A DNA stretch of 64,000 bases, taken from NCBI GenBank assembly GCA_963798845.1, contig CAWCUS010000001.1:544001-608000 (forward strand). The letters run 5' to 3'. Shown here in pieces: positions 59,855 to 64,000 of this stretch (the first letter of the stretch is position 1; each line of letters starts with the position of its first letter). This DNA comes from an uncultured Gemmatimonadales bacterium (GTDB taxonomy: Bacteria; Gemmatimonadota; Gemmatimonadetes; Longimicrobiales; RSA9). The translations under genes and the position numbers were made by a program. Below the pieces are notes generated by a model. That model made no database searches, was not told the origin of the DNA, and saw nothing but the letters and a program-made list of their open reading frames with translations.

Positions 59855-60913
59855 CTAGGTCATCGGGCCGGCGCCGTCAACCGTTTCTTTTCGTCCATGC
59901 CCCGGCCGCCGGCCGCGGTCCATGAAGGCGGGGGCGGCCGAGTCCGTGGACGGAGAGGGCGCGGGAGTGTCGACGCGCGGCTCGAACGCCGCGTCGCCGG
60001 CCGCCGCGGAGGCGGTGGCGCTGTCCGCGGCGGGCACGGCGGCGGAGTCGGCAATGGCAGGCCCGGGCGCCGGGGGGACGACATAGCGGCCATCGGATCC
60101 GACGGTGACCCACGGAACGCGGTGCGTCGCCTGGAAGTAGGCATAGCCTCTGGCGAGGTCCTGCCAGAGGTCGAGGACGTCGGGATCGGGATGGAAGGTG
60201 TGCTCGAGCCAGCCCAGGCGGCCGGAGTCCATGCGTGTGGGGAAGATGTGCACGGGGATGATGCGCTGGCCGCGGTCCATGGCCTGCACGGCGAGCCAGT
60301 AGACTTCCTCAATGTTGTCGTTCTCAATGGGAACGCAGCCCACCGTCTTGCAGCCGCCGTGGATGAAGATGTCTCCGCCGAGGGAGAGCGCATCGCGGCG
60401 CATGCGATCGGCCAGGTTCGGGTAGCTGACGCGCAGGGAGAGGAGGTATGCGCTGTTGGGGTTGAAAGCGTCGATGTAGTAGAAGCCTTCGGGGACCTGG
60501 ACATCACCCATGCTGCGCTTCGGTCCCAGCTGACCGGGGAGAGCGCACACGGGATACGCCCGGATCAGGGTGAAGGACGAGTCGCCGGCCGCGCGCGCCC
60601 ACAGCTCCATGACGCGCTCATGCTTGAAGACCCGGAGGAAGATGGAAGCGGGTGGGTAGCCCACGCCCTTCTGCGAGAACAGCGCGTGGAGCCGATCGTC
60701 CGCGTCGTCGCGGGCGCGGGCGACGCGGGCGAACGTGAGCTGGTGAGCGGCGAACGCCTCGGGGCCACCCTCGCGCTCCGCCGGTGTCCCGAGTGGCAGG
60801 CCGGGGACCGGGGTCCCCAGCGGCGTCTGCGCGGCGGCGCCGGACGCCACGGGCGCCGCCCACGCCGCCACGGCGACGGCGAGCGCAGACAGCGTGTTCG
60901 CTCGAATCTCCAT
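59855..60913 (-). CDS. YkuD-family (YafK/LdtF/DpaA-like) peptidoglycan enzyme, second paralog
   Basis: ATG at 60913 with AAGGAG RBS; 'RVFKHERVMELW', 'GPKRSMGDVQVPEGFY', 'IFIHGGCKTVGC'. Confidence 0.88.
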   Translation of the reverse strand: MEIRANTLSALAVAVAAWAAPVASGAAAQTPLGTPVPGLPLGTPAEREGGPEAFAAHQLTFARVARARDDADDRLHALFSQKGVGYPPASIFLRVFKHERVMELWARAAGDSSFTLIRAYPVCALPGQLGPKRSMGDVQVPEGFYYIDAFNPNSAYLLSLRVSYPNLADRMRRDALSLGGDIFIHGGCKTVGCVPIENDNIEEVYWLAVQAMDRGQRIIPVHIFPTRMDSGRLGWLEHTFHPDPDVLDLWQDLARGYAYFQATHRVPWVTVGSDGRYVVPPAPGPAIADSAAVPAADSATASAAAGDAAFEPRVDTPAPSPSTDSAAPAFMDRGRRPGHGRKETVDGAGPMT

Positions 60914-61073
60914 CCGGCCGACTCCTTCGACATGCATGTGTGGGAGGTCCGTGCAAGCGCCACGCCGGACATTCACTGGCCTACCTCGTTCACGCGTTGT
61001 ACCATTGGCCGGTTCCGTCCCCAGAAGCGACAGCGGCCGCGCCGGCCGGCATCGGAGAATCGAAAGCGCGATC

Positions 61074-62829
61074 ATGGACATCTTCACCTGGATCGGATCC
61101 GCCCTGGGCTGGTTCGTCGACACCATCGGCTACTACGTCTGGGACTTCGGCATTCCCGTCGGGGACGAAACCATCCCCCTGGTCGTGATCGCCCTGCTGG
61201 GTGTCGGCACGTACCTCACCCTCCGGCTCGGCTTCGTCCAGCTCCGCCACTTCGCCCACGGCGTGGCGGTGACGACCGGAAAGTACGACGACCCGAACGA
61301 GCCGGGCGACGTCGCCCACTTCCAGGCGCTCACCACCGCCCTCTCGGCCACCGTCGGGATCGGCAACATCGCGGGCGTGGCCATCGCGCTCCACTTCGGC
61401 GGACCCGGCGCGCTCTTCTGGATGTGGATGACCGCGTTCCTGGGCATGGCGACGAAATACACCGAAGTCACGCTGGCCCAGCGCTACCGGGATGTGAACC
61501 CGGACGCCGACCCGCACCGCTGGGAGGGCAGCGTCTCCGGCGGCCCCATGTACTACATCGAGAAGGGGCTGGGCCCGAACTGGAGATGGATGGCCGTGTT
61601 CTTCGCCACCATCCTCGGCATCACCGCCTTCCTCACCGGGAACGGCATCCAGGCCAACACGGTGGCCGACGCGCTGTGGACGCAGTTCGGCCTCGCGCGA
61701 TGGATCACCGGCCTGGTCACCGCGAGCGTCGTGGCGCTCGTGATCCTGGGCGGGATCGGACGCATCGGGAAGGTCACGGGCATCCTGGCGCCCGTGATGG
61801 CCGCCATCTACGTGCTGGGCGCGCTGGTGATCATCCTGATGCACTACGACCAGATCCTGCCCACGTTCGCCCTCATCTTCCGTGAGGCGTTCAACCCCAC
61901 GGCAGGCGTCGCGGGCACCGGCACCGGCGCCATCCTGGTCACCATGATGTGGGGCGTGCGACGGGGGCTCTTCTCCAACGAGGCCGGGCAGGGATCCGCG
62001 CCCATCGCCCATGCTGCAGCCAAGACGGACGAGCCCGTTTCCGAAGGCGTGGTCGCGCTGCTGGAGCCCTTCATCGACACCATCGTGATCTGCTCCATGA
62101 CCGGGCTCGTCATCATCATGAGCGGGGCGTACCACGAGAAGGTGCTCACCCCCATCACCATCGACCAGGGCGACATCTCCTACGTCACCATCGACGACAA
62201 CGGCCACGCCCAGACCGTCGCTTCCACGCCGCCGGCCATCATCGTACCAGGACGGCATCGCGGCCGGACCCGACGGCGTCCGCCTGGCCTGGCACCAGGT
62301 GGCCGTCGACACGCTCTACACCGACACGGCGCTCACCCGGCCGTTCACCGGCCAGGTCAGGCCCGGCACCGGCACGGCCATCACCATCAGCGGCCAGACA
62401 CAGCCGACCCTCTACGCCAACGCCGTGACCACGGGCGCCCCCCTCACCATGCTCGGGTTCCAGTACGGCCTCCCCGGGGAGTGGGGCCAGTACATCGTGA
62501 TCATCAGCGTGGTGCTGTTCGCCATCTCCACCGCCATCTCCTGGAGCTACTACGGGGACCGCTGCGCCAACTACCTCTTCGGCCCGAAGGCCATCCTGCC
62601 ATACAAGGTGGTCTTCGTGCTCATGCACTTCCTCGGCGCCGTCGTGCCCCTCACCGTCATCTGGTCCCTGGGCGACGTGTTCCTCGGCATCGTCATCCTC
62701 CCCAACCTCATCGCCCTCGCCATCCTCTCGCCGCAGGTCGCGGCCATGACGAAGAGCTACTTCGAGCGGAAGGCCTGGCTCTCCAACCTGGCAGCCCACC
62801 AGCGCGCCCGGGAGTCGAAGGGCAGGTAG
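61074..62829 (+). CDS. Alanine/glycine:cation symporter (AGCS) family (frameshift near 62244)
   Basis: 'FQALTTALSATVGIGNIAGVA', 'GGPGALFWMW', 'GGPMYY', 'RGLFSNEAGQGSAP', 'EPFIDT'; C-part 'FAISTAISWSYYG...PNLIAL' in another frame. Confidence 0.9.
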
Positions 62830-62962
62830 CGGGGCACGGCCGGCCGGCCGGTCCGACGGCCGGGCTGGCCGCGTGGGTCCCCGCCAGGCGGGCGGCGCGG
62901 ATCGACCCGGTGAGGCGCTGCGGTAGGCGGGGGAACGGCGCGTGTCAGCCCGCCGTTCGACC

Positions 62963-64000
62963 CTAGATCGTCGCCCCGACCAGCGCAAAGCCCACCGTAG
63001 CCGCGGCCGCCCCCAGCAGCGCGTACGGCAGCTGCGTCCGCACGTGGTCAATGTGGTCGGTGGCGGCGGCCATGGAGGAGATGATGGTGGTGTCACTGAT
63101 CGGGGAGGCGTGGTCGCCGAAGATCCCGCCGGAGAGCGATGCGGCCACGAACGGCGCCAGCGGCCACCCCAGGTGCATCGCTGCCGGGACGGCGATCGGC
63201 AGCATGATGGCGAACGTCCCCCAGCTGGTCCCGGTGGAGAAGGCGACGAACGCGGCCACCACGAAGATGAGCGGGAGGAACGCCACCGGCGGGAGCGTGC
63301 CCGCGATCATCCGGGCCACGTAGGGCCCGGCCCCGAGCGCGTCGGTGACGGCCGCCAGGGCGAGGCTGAGCCAGAGCACGGCGGCCATGTTGATGAGCCC
63401 CCCTGCACCGCGCAGCCCGATCCGCGTCAGATCGTCCACGGTCGAGCGCCGGGCGGCCAGGATCATGATCCACGCCACGGCCAGCGCGGTGAGGACCGCC
63501 CAGAGCACGCTCGTGGAGCCGGAGCCGGTGCGCGGGTCGCCGTGGCCCGTGACGAACAGCCCCACCGGCATCATGGCCACCATGACGACGATGGGCACCA
63601 CCATGAACAGCGGGTGCCCCGGGCCGCCTTCGGCCTCGGGCGAGAGGACCTCCGGGTCGATCAGGGGCGAAGCACCATCCCACAGGAGCTTCCCCTCACG
63701 CGTCCGCCGCTCCGCCGCTCGCATCGGTCCGATGTCCAGCCCGGTCGCGATGGTGATGCCCGCGATGGCAACGGCGGCAAGGGCGTAGAAGTTCAGCGGG
63801 ATGGCTTCCAGGAACGTGGCCAGCGGGTTCGGCACCCCCAGCTCGCCCAGGATGCCCAGGATGTACGCCCCCCACGCGTTCAGCGGGATCAGGATGCAGA
63901 TGGCCGCCGAGGTCGAGTCGATGATGTACGCCAGCTTCTCCCGCGACGAGTGGAACCGGTCGAACAGCGGCCTCGCCACCGACCCGCTCACCAGCACGGT
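62963..64000 (-). CDS. Na+/H+ antiporter NhaC family protein (5' part beyond window)
   Basis: 'SREKLAYIIDST', 'PLNFY', 'FSTGTSWGTFAIM', 'GGIFGDHASPISDTT', 'HIDHVRTQLPYA'. Confidence 0.9.
   Translation of the reverse strand, partial: TVLVSGSVARPLFDRFHSSREKLAYIIDSTSAAICILIPLNAWGAYILGILGELGVPNPLATFLEAIPLNFYALAAVAIAGITIATGLDIGPMRAAERRTREGKLLWDGASPLIDPEVLSPEAEGGPGHPLFMVVPIVVMVAMMPVGLFVTGHGDPRTGSGSTSVLWAVLTALAVAWIMILAARRSTVDDLTRIGLRGAGGLINMAAVLWLSLALAAVTDALGAGPYVARMIAGTLPPVAFLPLIFVVAAFVAFSTGTSWGTFAIMLPIAVPAAMHLGWPLAPFVAASLSGGIFGDHASPISDTTIISSMAAATDHIDHVRTQLPYALLGAAAATVGFALVGATI

Overview
This 64-kb window is very GC-rich bacterial chromosome, most likely Gemmatimonadota (inferred from gene content and style; not confirmed by any search). 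It carries about 55 genes and one tRNA-Ala(TGC). In order: an OmpR/sensor-kinase/TolC/PepSY/YncE cluster; a Y1 (HUH, RAYT-like) transposase bracketed by a 25-bp imperfect inverted repeat; a minus-strand run of hypothetical-PolX/PHP-nth-DUF255-HD; a zincin and an NSS transporter; a REP/BIME-like repeat cluster; tRNA-rho-lspA-mlaEFD-glxK-glyQS; an ECF42/ECF41 stress cluster; a TonB receptor-ECF sigma-anti-sigma-large Ig-like lipoprotein module with a repeated GTAAG-N17-CGTT promoter motif; a PLP enzyme coupled to a dmsABC-like operon lacking a Tat signal; tricorn protease, pdxH, a YchF paralog, acnA, tdh-kbl, two tandem YkuD-family enzymes and amino-acid/cation transporters. At least four otherwise intact genes have single frameshifts, which points to long-read assembly indels. 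No CRISPR array, rRNA or prophage was seen. Product calls come from motif recognition only; no database searches were run.
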